Shown in pieces: positions 33,929 through 44,747 of a stretch of 54,682 nt of DNA (within the stretch, counting starts at the first letter, position 1; each line of letters opens with the position of its first letter). The position numbers were made by a program, and so were the translations under genes. The DNA lies in NCBI GenBank assembly GCA_043745445.1, contig JAYTSX010000244.1, forward strand, positions 1-54,682. Direction: 5' to 3'. Below the pieces are notes generated by a model. The model saw nothing but the letters and a program-made list of their open reading frames with translations, was not told where the DNA came from and did no database searches. Source of the stretch: Elusimicrobiota bacterium. Its GTDB lineage: Bacteria > Elusimicrobiota > Elusimicrobia > UBA1565 > UBA9628.

Positions 33929-34365
33929 GTACGGGCATGACGCCGCATCAGGCAGTCGTTCGATACGACGAGTAGTCCGGCCTCGCGCGCCAGGCGCTCC
34001 CCCTCGTCGTGGTAGACGCCGTCCTGCAGCCAGACAGCCTTCGCTTTTTTAGCGATCGCCTCGAGGATCGGCGCCAGCGCCTCCTCAGGGCGGCGGAACA
34101 CGGCCACGACCTCCACGGGAAACGGGATGTCGGCCACGCTCGCAAAACATTTCGCGCCCAAAATCTTCGCATGCCCCGGATTGACGGGCACAATCGTGTA
34201 CCCATTCTCCTGAAGGTACTGCGAGACGTAATGCGAGGGACGCTCCGGCTTGGGGGAGAGGCCGACCACGGCGATCACACGCATGGCCAGGATCTTTTTA
34301 ACATCGTCGACCGGCAAACCGTCCGGCGGCAGACGGCAGGAATCAGGCAGCTTCGACACCCACAT
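33925..34365 (-). CDS. CoA-binding protein (YccU-like)
   Basis: IAVVGLSPKPERPS, IVPVNP and AVWLQDG. Start uncertain (ATG 34365 or GTG 34359). Confidence 0.85.
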   Translation of the reverse strand: MWVSKLPDSCRLPPDGLPVDDVKKILAMRVIAVVGLSPKPERPSHYVSQYLQENGYTIVPVNPGHAKILGAKCFASVADIPFPVEVVAVFRRPEEALAPILEAIAKKAKAVWLQDGVYHDEGERLAREAGLLVVSNDCLMRRHART

Positions 34366-34666
34366 GTGCTTCGCCGTCGTCGATCTCGATGTGAGCGACG
34401 TAGGAGCGGCAGCAAACCGTGCAGTCTTGATCGATGGACTGCCCATCCATGTCCGCGATGACATGAAGCTCGGAGCCCTCCGCGCAATGCGGGCATTCGA
34501 TCGTAATCCATTGGTCCAAACGCTCAACCGCGGCTTCGACGCTCTGCTCCTTGAGCACCGTTTCCATGATCTTCTCGGCGGTCTTATGCTCGGACGCGTC
34601 GGGATGGGCGTCGGGGGCGCCCTTTTTCGCCTTCTTCACATTCGCGGGGGCTTTAATCTTCGGCAT
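34343..34666 (-). CDS. CPXCG-type cysteine-rich (Zn-ribbon) protein
   Basis: CPHCAE...QDCTVCCR. Preceded by TTGACG-N17-TACACT. Confidence 0.78.
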   Translation of the reverse strand: MPKIKAPANVKKAKKGAPDAHPDASEHKTAEKIMETVLKEQSVEAAVERLDQWITIECPHCAEGSELHVIADMDGQSIDQDCTVCCRSYVAHIEIDDGEAHVGVEAA

Positions 34667-34705
34667 GCTTTCAGTGTAGAGGGTGAAGCTTTTCCCGTCA
34701 AGGGG

Positions 34706-35704
34706 TTATTGCAAATGACCGGGTGAGACTACGATCACGACCCGGCGGTTGGCCGCGCGGCCCTCGGGCGTGTCATTGGGCTTGGCGGGGCGAAACTCGC
34801 CGAAGCCCGCGGCTGAGAGGCGAGCAGGATCGAGGCCCGCGTGCTCATGCAGCCAGCGTGCCGCCGCTGTCGCGCGCGCGGCGGTCAACTCCCAATGCCC
34901 GGCGTAGCCCCCGAGAAGGCCTTTCTTAAACGGGGAGTTGTCGCTATGAGCCTCGACGCGGATGGCCTTCGATGGAAGCGCCTTGAGCGCCGCGCCGATG
35001 CGGCCCAGAAGGCCCGCCCCCTGCTCCATGATTTTAACGGCGCCGTCCTCGAACATCGCGCCGTCGTCGACGGTAATCGAGAAGTTCTCCCCGTTCTGCT
35101 CGACGAGCGCCTTGCCCGCCTGCATTTCCTTAAGAACGGCGTCGGCGGCCGTGCCCATCTCCTCGCGCGTCTTCAGCAACGCCGCGGCCCGCGCTTCTCC
35201 AGCCTTCACGGACACGGTCTCGGCTACGGCCACCTTCGCAAGCAGAGCCTCGCGCTCATCCTTAAGCTTAGCGAGCTCTTTCACGGTTTTCTCTCGCGAG
35301 GTTTGGTAAATGGTCTTCAGCCGTTCGAGCGCCAGCTTTTCCTTCAGGGCATCCGATAATTTTTTGGCGAGCTCGTCCTTTTCCGCCACGACCGCGTTAA
35401 GCTTCCCGCCAAGCTCGTCCTTGCTCGCGCCGATCGCATCGGACAGGGATTTTTTTGATTTCGTCAAAGTCGCCGCCTGGGACTCCGCGGCGGAGGCACG
35501 GCCTTCCAACTCGACAAGTTTGGCCTCGAGCTCGGACTTCGTCGCCTTCAGCGATTCGACTTCGTCGGCCTTCTCCTTAAGCTGGGTGAAAAGAGACCCG
35601 GCTTTCGTCTCCAGATCTTCAATTTCCTTTTTCTGCTTATCGAGCTTTGCGCCCGCGCAAGCGGTCATGGTCAGGATGAGGAGGAAGGGGAGGAATTGTT
35701 TCAT
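34706..35704 (-). CDS. OmpA/MotB-family lipoprotein with long coiled coil
   Basis: Lipobox MTAC; coiled coil; VEAHSDN, WELTAARA, GFGEFRP and NRRV. Confidence 0.85.
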   Translation of the reverse strand: MKQFLPFLLILTMTACAGAKLDKQKKEIEDLETKAGSLFTQLKEKADEVESLKATKSELEAKLVELEGRASAAESQAATLTKSKKSLSDAIGASKDELGGKLNAVVAEKDELAKKLSDALKEKLALERLKTIYQTSREKTVKELAKLKDEREALLAKVAVAETVSVKAGEARAAALLKTREEMGTAADAVLKEMQAGKALVEQNGENFSITVDDGAMFEDGAVKIMEQGAGLLGRIGAALKALPSKAIRVEAHSDNSPFKKGLLGGYAGHWELTAARATAAARWLHEHAGLDPARLSAAGFGEFRPAKPNDTPEGRAANRRVVIVVSPGHLQ

Positions 35705-35760
35705 GGTGAGATGATAAAACATCCTCACCCGGATTTACAGAAGAGACCAACCGCTAAAGC

Positions 35761-35955
35761 GTGTGTTCCTTGGCTTGCTTCGCCGCGGCCGGAAATTATT
35801 TTGTCTACGGAAGGCACGCGGGTGAGAATCGCGAGAAAATCACGGGCTGGGCGCTGCAGTTGAAGGGCCAGGTGCTTGAGAAGATGGAGAAACTCAAGGC
35901 CATCACTTCGGACCTCAAGAACGGTTGGACGTCAATCGAGAAAGAGCTAAAATAA
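35761..35955 (+). CDS. Small hypothetical protein, possibly a remnant
   Basis: 64-aa ORF with protein-like amphipathic sequence; weak start. Confidence 0.35.
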   Translation: MCSLACFAAAGNYFVYGRHAGENREKITGWALQLKGQVLEKMEKLKAITSDLKNGWTSIEKELK

Positions 35956-36084
35956 TCAACACGGGCGAAGACGGGCGCGAGCCGCCCCTATACGGAGTTC
36001 CACGCGGTGAACCGCGTAGAACTCCGTATAGGCGCGATCACGAAGAGAGGGTATAGTGGCTGGGAGTCCGCACATGGAGGGCAC

Positions 36085-36537
36085 TTGAAAAAAATTCTAT
36101 TCGCGTTAGCTTGCCTCGTTCTCACCGGAGCCGCGCCAGTTTGGGCACAGAAGGCGGGCGACGCGGGCGTCGGCGTCATCCTCGGGGCCCCGACCGCAGT
36201 CACCGGCAAGCTTTGGCTTGACGGGACTAAGGCCATCGACGCCGGCCTGGGCTGGCACTCAGAGTTTACCGTTTACGGCGACTACCTCTGGCACGGCTGG
36301 GATGTTCTGCCTCAGCCGTCCCAGGGCAAACTTCCCGTCTATCTCGGCCTCGGCGGTCAGATCCGCACTTACCACGATGCGGAGTTCGGCATTCGCGCAG
36401 TGGCGGGCCTGGCGTACTGGCTGCCGCGCCACCCGGTCGAGATCTTCGTCGAGGCCGTGCCCGTCTTCTTCTTGACTCGTGATCCCGGCGTCGGATTCGA
36501 CGCGGGAATTGGTCTGCGCTACTACTTCAGGAGATGA
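36085..36537 (+). CDS. Small outer-membrane beta-barrel-like protein
   Basis: SD GGAGG, TTG start and signal peptide; alternating beta pattern ending GIGLRYYF. Confidence 0.7.
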   Translation: MKKILFALACLVLTGAAPVWAQKAGDAGVGVILGAPTAVTGKLWLDGTKAIDAGLGWHSEFTVYGDYLWHGWDVLPQPSQGKLPVYLGLGGQIRTYHDAEFGIRAVAGLAYWLPRHPVEIFVEAVPVFFLTRDPGVGFDAGIGLRYYFRR

Positions 36538-36878
36538 GCATGAACATCATCCTCAACATCCTGGTCAGCGCGGTCGCGGTGCTCGTCACGGGCCGCCTGC
36601 TCAGCGGCGTCACCGTGGACGGCTTCGGCACGGCCATCGTGGTGGCGATCGTCCTTGGCGCCGTCAACGGCGTGCTGGGACCCGTGCTCGTGTTCCTGAC
36701 GCTGCCGATCAACTTCCTGACGCTCGGCCTATTTACCTTCGTCATCATCGGGGCCTTGGTCATGTTGACTGCCGCCATCGTGCCCGGCTTCAAAGTCGCG
36801 AGTTTCTGGTGGGCCCTCGGCTTCGCGTTCGTGCTGGCTTTCATCAACTCGGCGTTTCACGCGCTCACGAAGGTATGA
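36534..36878 (+). CDS. 4-TM phage-holin-family (YvlD-like) membrane protein
   Basis: LTLPINFLTLGLFTFVI and VPGFKVASFWWAL. Confidence 0.85.
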   Translation: MSMNIILNILVSAVAVLVTGRLLSGVTVDGFGTAIVVAIVLGAVNGVLGPVLVFLTLPINFLTLGLFTFVIIGALVMLTAAIVPGFKVASFWWALGFAFVLAFINSAFHALTKV

Positions 36879-37081
36879 TCATGAATAGAATCTCCTCGCT
36901 CGTTCTGCTTGTCCTCGGGTTGATTCTGCTCGGCCTGGGCTGGGACGCCTACCGCTCCGTCAGCTCCGGAGTCTCCCGCGTCTTCACCGGCGCCCCGACC
37001 GACCGGTCCCTCCTGCTTCTCGTCGCAGGCGCCGTTCTGACCGCCACGGGCCTCGGAGGGCTCTCCCGCGGGACGAAATGA
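36875..37081 (+). CDS. DUF3185-like small membrane protein
   Basis: LLVLGLILLGLG...SVSSGVSRVFTGAPTDRS. ATGA overlap with the upstream gene. Confidence 0.72.
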   Translation: MIMNRISSLVLLVLGLILLGLGWDAYRSVSSGVSRVFTGAPTDRSLLLLVAGAVLTATGLGGLSRGTK

Positions 37082-37120
37082 TAGAATGAGGGGAGCGTCG
37101 TACTTTAAGGAGCGCTTCCC

Positions 37121-39823
<2,703 letters not shown>

Positions 39824-39845
39824 GTTCAAAGCAAGATCAAACCGG

Positions 39846-40334
39846 TCAGGCTTTCGAGGAGCGCGCGTCCACAATGTTATCGAGAATGCGCGTCACCGGC
39901 TCGCTGAAATACGAGCCCGGCACTTGATATGTTCCGTTGCGCGTTTCGAACATGATCTTGCGCGCCGTGGGAATGCCGTTGACCCTCGTCACATGCTCGT
40001 ACCACTTCACGATGTCGCGCCACGCAACCGTGCGCTCCTCATCAGGCGGCAGGCGGAAGGAGATACCGTCGGGCCCGGCCTTGAGCCACCCGTTCGCGTC
40101 GATAGCGGCGCGCGCGCTCTTGATCCCGTCCTTGAGGGCGAGCCAGGCGAACAGCAGGGGCATGAGCCCGATGAGCAACAGGGCCCAGGAGCCGCCCTCG
40201 CGGCCGACGACTTCCACGGCCACGAAATATGGGACCAATACCAACGCGATCGCGAGGCAGACGACGCCAAACGGAATCTCCCAGCAGGCGATCAGCGTGT
40301 TCTTCCAGCGGCAATAGGTGGCGACAGGTCGCAT
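39846..40334 (-). CDS. Hypothetical membrane protein (2 TM plus soluble domain)
   Basis: 162-aa ORF with two hydrophobic segments, co-oriented with the upstream lipoprotein. Confidence 0.6.
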   Translation of the reverse strand: MRPVATYCRWKNTLIACWEIPFGVVCLAIALVLVPYFVAVEVVGREGGSWALLLIGLMPLLFAWLALKDGIKSARAAIDANGWLKAGPDGISFRLPPDEERTVAWRDIVKWYEHVTRVNGIPTARKIMFETRNGTYQVPGSYFSEPVTRILDNIVDARSSKA

Positions 40335-40339
40335 CGTGA

Positions 40340-41029
40340 TCAGCGTTTGAGCTGAGCGGGCCAGGTCCGCTTGACGGCTTTTAGGATCGAGTCGGCCATC
40401 GAGCGCGCCGACTCCTCGAAGCTGTAGACGCTGGAGACGTCCGAGCCCGACCAGAGCACCTCCGCGGTCGGCACGAACACGAGCCGGGCAGAGACACCCA
40501 AGCGGCCGTAGGTCGTGACGGTGCGCGGCTCGCGGCGCACGACGCGCGTGGTCCGGTATCCCTGGAGCTCCGTCTCCTCCGTGGTCCCAGCGGTGCCGTC
40601 GGCGTTCTGCACATGTTTAATCCGGCGTACATAGATCGGATCTTGATGAGTGTCCACGACATCGGCCTCCGTCAGCACCTCGCGCGGCTCCCGGAAATCG
40701 GTGATGCGCCCGAACAGAAGCGCGTCCACGCCGAGAAGGCGACCGATTTCTTTGGCGGCCTTCGGGTCGGAGGCGGAAAGCTTTTTCTCGCGCAGGATTT
40801 TGTCCACCTGGGCGCGCTCGACGAGATCGTAGCCCGCGAGCAATAGGCCTTGCTCAAACGCCCCGGAGAGCGTCTCGCCGGAGCCGGGATGATTCGCGTA
40901 ATCCGAGAAGCCGACGACGGCCACGCGCTTCACGAGCTTAAAGTCGAAGTCGGATTTGATCGCGACGGTGGCGGTCGCGCAGGCGCCAAGAAGGAGGAGC
41001 GCGGCTAAGACGAAGCGAGGGCGAAGCAT
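40340..41029 (-). CDS. CsgG/HfaB-like lipoprotein
   Basis: Lipobox LGAC; LVERAQVDKILRE and AKEIGRLLGVDALLFGRIT. Confidence 0.7.
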   Translation of the reverse strand: MLRPRFVLAALLLLGACATATVAIKSDFDFKLVKRVAVVGFSDYANHPGSGETLSGAFEQGLLLAGYDLVERAQVDKILREKKLSASDPKAAKEIGRLLGVDALLFGRITDFREPREVLTEADVVDTHQDPIYVRRIKHVQNADGTAGTTEETELQGYRTTRVVRREPRTVTTYGRLGVSARLVFVPTAEVLWSGSDVSSVYSFEESARSMADSILKAVKRTWPAQLKR

Positions 41030-41078
41030 GCCCCTATCATACGCCAATTATGGGGATTCGTTCAGAGCGTATTTTGCG

Positions 41079-41912
41079 TCAGACCGCCCATTGCGAGATG
41101 TTGACGCCCGCGAGCGCGTCGCGGCCGCTCTCGCGGCGGCTCGCGTCGAGCCCCTGCCAGAACACCTCGATGGCGTCGAGCGCTTTCTTGCCGCCGCGGA
41201 TGAAGCGCTTCGCGTCGAAGCCGGGCTGAGCGAAGGTCTCTTCCAGCTCGCGCCACACATTGACGGCGTGGCCCGCCTCGATCTCGGCGTGGAACTTAAA
41301 GAACCCGAGAGGAATGCTCGTCTGGCCTTCCGCCGCGCGCCGCGCGTTGACCGTCTCGAGGCCACGGATCAGCTGGCGCCAAAAGTTGCCCGCCTCCAGG
41401 CGCGGACCGCCGCCGAGGCCGGACGCGGCCCAACACTCGATGGCGAAAGAGGCGCCCGCGCCGGTCATGGCGTCGTGCGAGCCGTAGGTCTTGTCCAGGC
41501 CGCTGAGAAAGCGGTGGGTCGCGTCCGTGCCCTGCGTCCAGCGTCCGAGCTGCATCGGCTCCAGCCCCAGGACTGCGCCGGCTTCACGAAGCCAGTTGAG
41601 GTGCGCGTTGCCCGTGGCGAAGGTCCGGCCCTCGACCGAGCCCGTGCGCGGATCGAGGCCGACCCCGCACTCGTTCATCAGGATGTTGCGCGCGCAACGC
41701 TCGCCTTCCAGCGTGCCCGCGTTGACCATGCGCTTCACCTGAAGCACGAGGAAATGGTTTGAGAACACCGAGAACTGCACGAGCAGGTCGGCGACCTGCT
41801 CCTCCTCCGCCTCGCCCCGGGCGAACCACGAGGTGAAGGCGTTGCCGGTGATGACCGGATGGGTGAACAGCTCTTTGCGCACGACGCTCTTGAAGGCCTC
41901 TAAATCGTTCAT
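41079..41912 (-). CDS. Heme-oxygenase-like diiron (TenA/PqqC/CADD-fold) redox enzyme
   Basis: HPVI N-terminus; candidate ligands NE...H, IE and FHAEIEAGH (HxxxExxH). Confidence 0.68.
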   Translation of the reverse strand: MNDLEAFKSVVRKELFTHPVITGNAFTSWFARGEAEEEQVADLLVQFSVFSNHFLVLQVKRMVNAGTLEGERCARNILMNECGVGLDPRTGSVEGRTFATGNAHLNWLREAGAVLGLEPMQLGRWTQGTDATHRFLSGLDKTYGSHDAMTGAGASFAIECWAASGLGGGPRLEAGNFWRQLIRGLETVNARRAAEGQTSIPLGFFKFHAEIEAGHAVNVWRELEETFAQPGFDAKRFIRGGKKALDAIEVFWQGLDASRRESGRDALAGVNISQWAV

Positions 41913-41968
41913 GCCCACAGTATACGCAGCAGCTATGTTTATGTAAAGAATCTAATATTGACATAAGC

Positions 41969-41985
41969 GTTAACCTGTGGTTAAC
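41969..41985. promoter_or_regulatory. LysR-type binding site GTTAACC-TGT-GGTTAAC (contains T-N11-A)
   Basis: Perfect 7-bp dyad between divergent lysR and its neighbour, just downstream of TTGACA (41958-41963). Confidence 0.65.
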
Positions 41986-41991
41986 TATCTT

Positions 41992-42885
41992 ATGGACCTT
42001 TACCAGCTGCGCTACTTTCTCGAGGTGGCGCGCACGCTCAACTTCACGCGCGCCGCCGAGAACCTCGGCCTCTCCACGCCCGCCGTCAGCAAGAGCGTGG
42101 CGTTACTTGAGCGCTCGGTGGGCCAGCCGCTGCTCACGCGGACGCGGCGCCTTGTCCAGCTCACCCAGGCCGGCGAGCGCCTCAAAGCCCACGCGGAAAC
42201 GATCTACGACCACATCGAGGCCGCGCGCCTCGATCTGCGCGGCGAAGCCGCCGCGCCCGCCATGCTCAAAATCGGCAGCCGGGAGATGATCACGAACTAC
42301 CTGCTCGGCCCCTCTTTACTCGACTTCCGCAAAAGACACCCGGCGACGCGCTTCGGCGTTTACGAGCTCGGCCCGCGCGAGATGGCCTCCGCCCTGCGCA
42401 AGGACCAGATCGACTTTGGCTTTTACTACTCCGCTGAGATTCCTGACCCCGCGCTCGAAATCCGCTCGCTGGGAAAACTCTCCTCCCATGTCTACGCCTC
42501 CCCCCTACTATGGAAAGGCGGGCGTGCCCCGCGCGACTTCAAGGAGGTCTGCGCTTTGCCCTTTATCGCTCCGCGCTATTTTTCCGGGGACCCGGCCGAG
42601 CCGAGCCTGGACGGCTTCCCCGACCAGGAGTTTCCCCGGCGCATCCAATACGAGGGCGAATTTCTTGAAACGCACCGGCGTTACGCGCTCGACGGCATCG
42701 CGGCGGCGGTGCTGCCCGACTTCGTGATCAAGCGCGAATGGAAGGAAGGCCTGGTGGCGCGCCTGCCCGGGCCGGAGCTGGGCCGCGAGATTTACTTTTT
42801 GAAACGCCGGGGCCGCCCCCTGCCGCCGCCCGTCGAGAGCTTCCTCGACATCCTCGCGCGCTCAATCAAACGCGTCGCTTACTAG
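41992..42885 (+). CDS. LysR family transcriptional regulator
   Basis: MDLYQLRYFLEVARTLNFTRAAENLGLSTPAVSKSV...LTQAGE. Confidence 0.93.
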   Translation: MDLYQLRYFLEVARTLNFTRAAENLGLSTPAVSKSVALLERSVGQPLLTRTRRLVQLTQAGERLKAHAETIYDHIEAARLDLRGEAAAPAMLKIGSREMITNYLLGPSLLDFRKRHPATRFGVYELGPREMASALRKDQIDFGFYYSAEIPDPALEIRSLGKLSSHVYASPLLWKGGRAPRDFKEVCALPFIAPRYFSGDPAEPSLDGFPDQEFPRRIQYEGEFLETHRRYALDGIAAAVLPDFVIKREWKEGLVARLPGPELGREIYFLKRRGRPLPPPVESFLDILARSIKRVAY

Positions 42886-43049
42886 GGAACGCGGTACCGG
42901 CCGGATCGGGAAGGTCGGCGCCGCGGACGCCCAGAGACAATGGGCGCGCATGGAGCCATGATACCTTGGCTTGCGCTATTTTTTACCTGCCACAGTGGCA
43001 GGTTGATGAAACTTTTTTATGGGTCGATCGCCCCGCACCGGCGACCGAT

Positions 43050-44201
43050 CTAAGCTTTCTTCAGCTTGAAGCGGCCGAGGCGAAAGCGGTGGAGGTTCAG
43101 CTCGGACTTGCCGCCGACGATGAGCTCGGCCATGGACTTGCCGATGATCGGCGCGAACTTAAAGCCGTGGCCCGAGAAGCCGGCCGCGACGAAGCCGTTG
43201 GGCGCGTCAGGCAAGCGATCCAGGATGAAGTCGTCGTCGGGCGTGTTGTCGTACCAGCACACATGGCCCTCGAAGTCGATGAAGCCCGCAAGCTCAGGCA
43301 TGAACTGCTTAAGAAACTTGCGGCAGGACCCCTCGAACTTCGGCGACAGGCTGCGCATCTCCTCAGGATCGGCGGTTTTCACGACGGGCCCCTTGCGGTG
43401 ATCGCCGATCTTGATGAAACCCTGAATGTGCACGGGGAAGCCGTAGAAGCCGGTGGCCGAGCTTGAGAAAATAGGGAAGTGCTCGGGCCGGTAGCGGCCG
43501 CGCCCTTCCTGAGGTCTTAAGAACAACTGCTCTTGCTTGGTGATCTTGATGGGGACGCCCCACGGCTTGAGCAGCTCGTTCGACCAGTAGCCCGCCGCGA
43601 AGAGAAATTTATCGGCCTCCCACACCTTTCCCGTCGCGTCCTTGACCGACTTAATTCCGGTTTTGTCTTTTTGGACTGAGACGACGCGCACGCCGTTGCG
43701 GATCTTGACGCCCTTGCGCTGAGCGATGGACGCGGTCGCGGCGACGGCCCGGCTGGCCCAGATCATGCCGCCGTCCGGATGGAAAAGCGCCCATTTAAAC
43801 GCGCCTGAGCGGTACATCGGGTACCGCTTCTTCACGTCCGGCGGCGCGAGCTTTTCGAAGCGGATCTTGCGGTCCTTGAGAACGGCCATGCTCTGGGCTT
43901 CGTAGCCGGCGGCTTTGGGCGCGAGCTCGAGCACGCCGTTTTGCAACAAAAGCGTTTCTTCGGCGAGAGTGTTCAGCTCAAGCCACATCGGCATGGCCTT
44001 AAGCGCCATCTCGGTGTAAAAGGAATCTTTGCCGTAGGTGAGGCGGAACACGCGCAGGTGATCGCCCGAGGCCGCCCACTGATTGGGGACATCGCGCTGA
44101 TCAAGAATAGTCACCGTGTGGCCGAGCAACGCCAGGTGATAGGCCGTTTGCACGCCCATGATGCCGCCGCCGACGATGATCACCGAGTTCTTGACGCTCA
44201 T
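43050..44201 (-). CDS. FAD-dependent oxidoreductase (sarcosine oxidase/SolA-like)
   Basis: IIVGGGIMG, CWYDNTPDDDFILD and GFSGHGFKFAP. Confidence 0.88.
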   Translation of the reverse strand: MSVKNSVIIVGGGIMGVQTAYHLALLGHTVTILDQRDVPNQWAASGDHLRVFRLTYGKDSFYTEMALKAMPMWLELNTLAEETLLLQNGVLELAPKAAGYEAQSMAVLKDRKIRFEKLAPPDVKKRYPMYRSGAFKWALFHPDGGMIWASRAVAATASIAQRKGVKIRNGVRVVSVQKDKTGIKSVKDATGKVWEADKFLFAAGYWSNELLKPWGVPIKITKQEQLFLRPQEGRGRYRPEHFPIFSSSATGFYGFPVHIQGFIKIGDHRKGPVVKTADPEEMRSLSPKFEGSCRKFLKQFMPELAGFIDFEGHVCWYDNTPDDDFILDRLPDAPNGFVAAGFSGHGFKFAPIIGKSMAELIVGGKSELNLHRFRLGRFKLKKA

Positions 44202-44623
44202 TTAAGAAACCGCCCTCTCATCCGGCCGATAGTGCTTTCAATCGACGATCCGTGGCCGACGCGCAGCCACTTGCCGCCTTCGGACTCGGCCATTTCGCCC
44301 AACTCGACGTCCGCCGTCACGACGACCGTCTTCCCACCGTTCCATTTTCGGGAACGAACGCGATCGAGGATCATATCGTCCGCCGAAAGCTCGCGCGTGA
44401 AGCTCACGCGAAAGTTGTCCGGCCGGGAGCCGCCGAGCGTCCGGAAAGCCCCGTCGAAAAAAAGCTCGATCTCCATCTCCGGCCCGGCCTCCTCGCACAC
44501 CTGACCGAAGATGACGGCAATCCGGTCCGTGTCCGAGTCTTCCTGGGCCGCGTGCGCCGGGCCGCCGTAGCCGTAGGCGGTGCGGACCAGATTCGTGCCG
44601 TCAACGCAGTACAACCGGCTCAT
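44198..44623 (-). CDS. NYN/PIN (YacP-like) domain protein
   Basis: VDGTNL, FFDG, SADDMI and VVTAD. Confidence 0.75.
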   Translation of the reverse strand: MSRLYCVDGTNLVRTAYGYGGPAHAAQEDSDTDRIAVIFGQVCEEAGPEMEIELFFDGAFRTLGGSRPDNFRVSFTRELSADDMILDRVRSRKWNGGKTVVVTADVELGEMAESEGGKWLRVGHGSSIESTIGRMRGRFLK

Positions 44624-44697
44624 CTCCCCTTATTTTAGCAAATCGATAAGGAAAGGCGCCCTGTCCAAAATCGCCGATAAAAGCCCCGCGAGGACCC

Positions 44698-44726
44698 TTG
44701 ACTCCCTCATCCCAGGTCTTTACACT
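44698..44726 (+). promoter_or_regulatory. Sigma70-type promoter TTGACT-N17-TACACT
   Basis: Near-consensus hexamers with 17-nt spacing, upstream of ATG 44748. Confidence 0.55.
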
Positions 44727-44747
44727 GACAGGGTCCCGTCCCCTGGA

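Noticed and set aside
36534-36878. Phage holin as a sign of a prophage
   Set aside because: This 4-TM family is common in chromosomes and no phage genes are nearby.
43020-43035. Additional copy of the 16-bp palindrome (TGGGTC-GATC-GCCCCG)
   Set aside because: Weak right half, and it lies between convergent genes with no promoter to serve.
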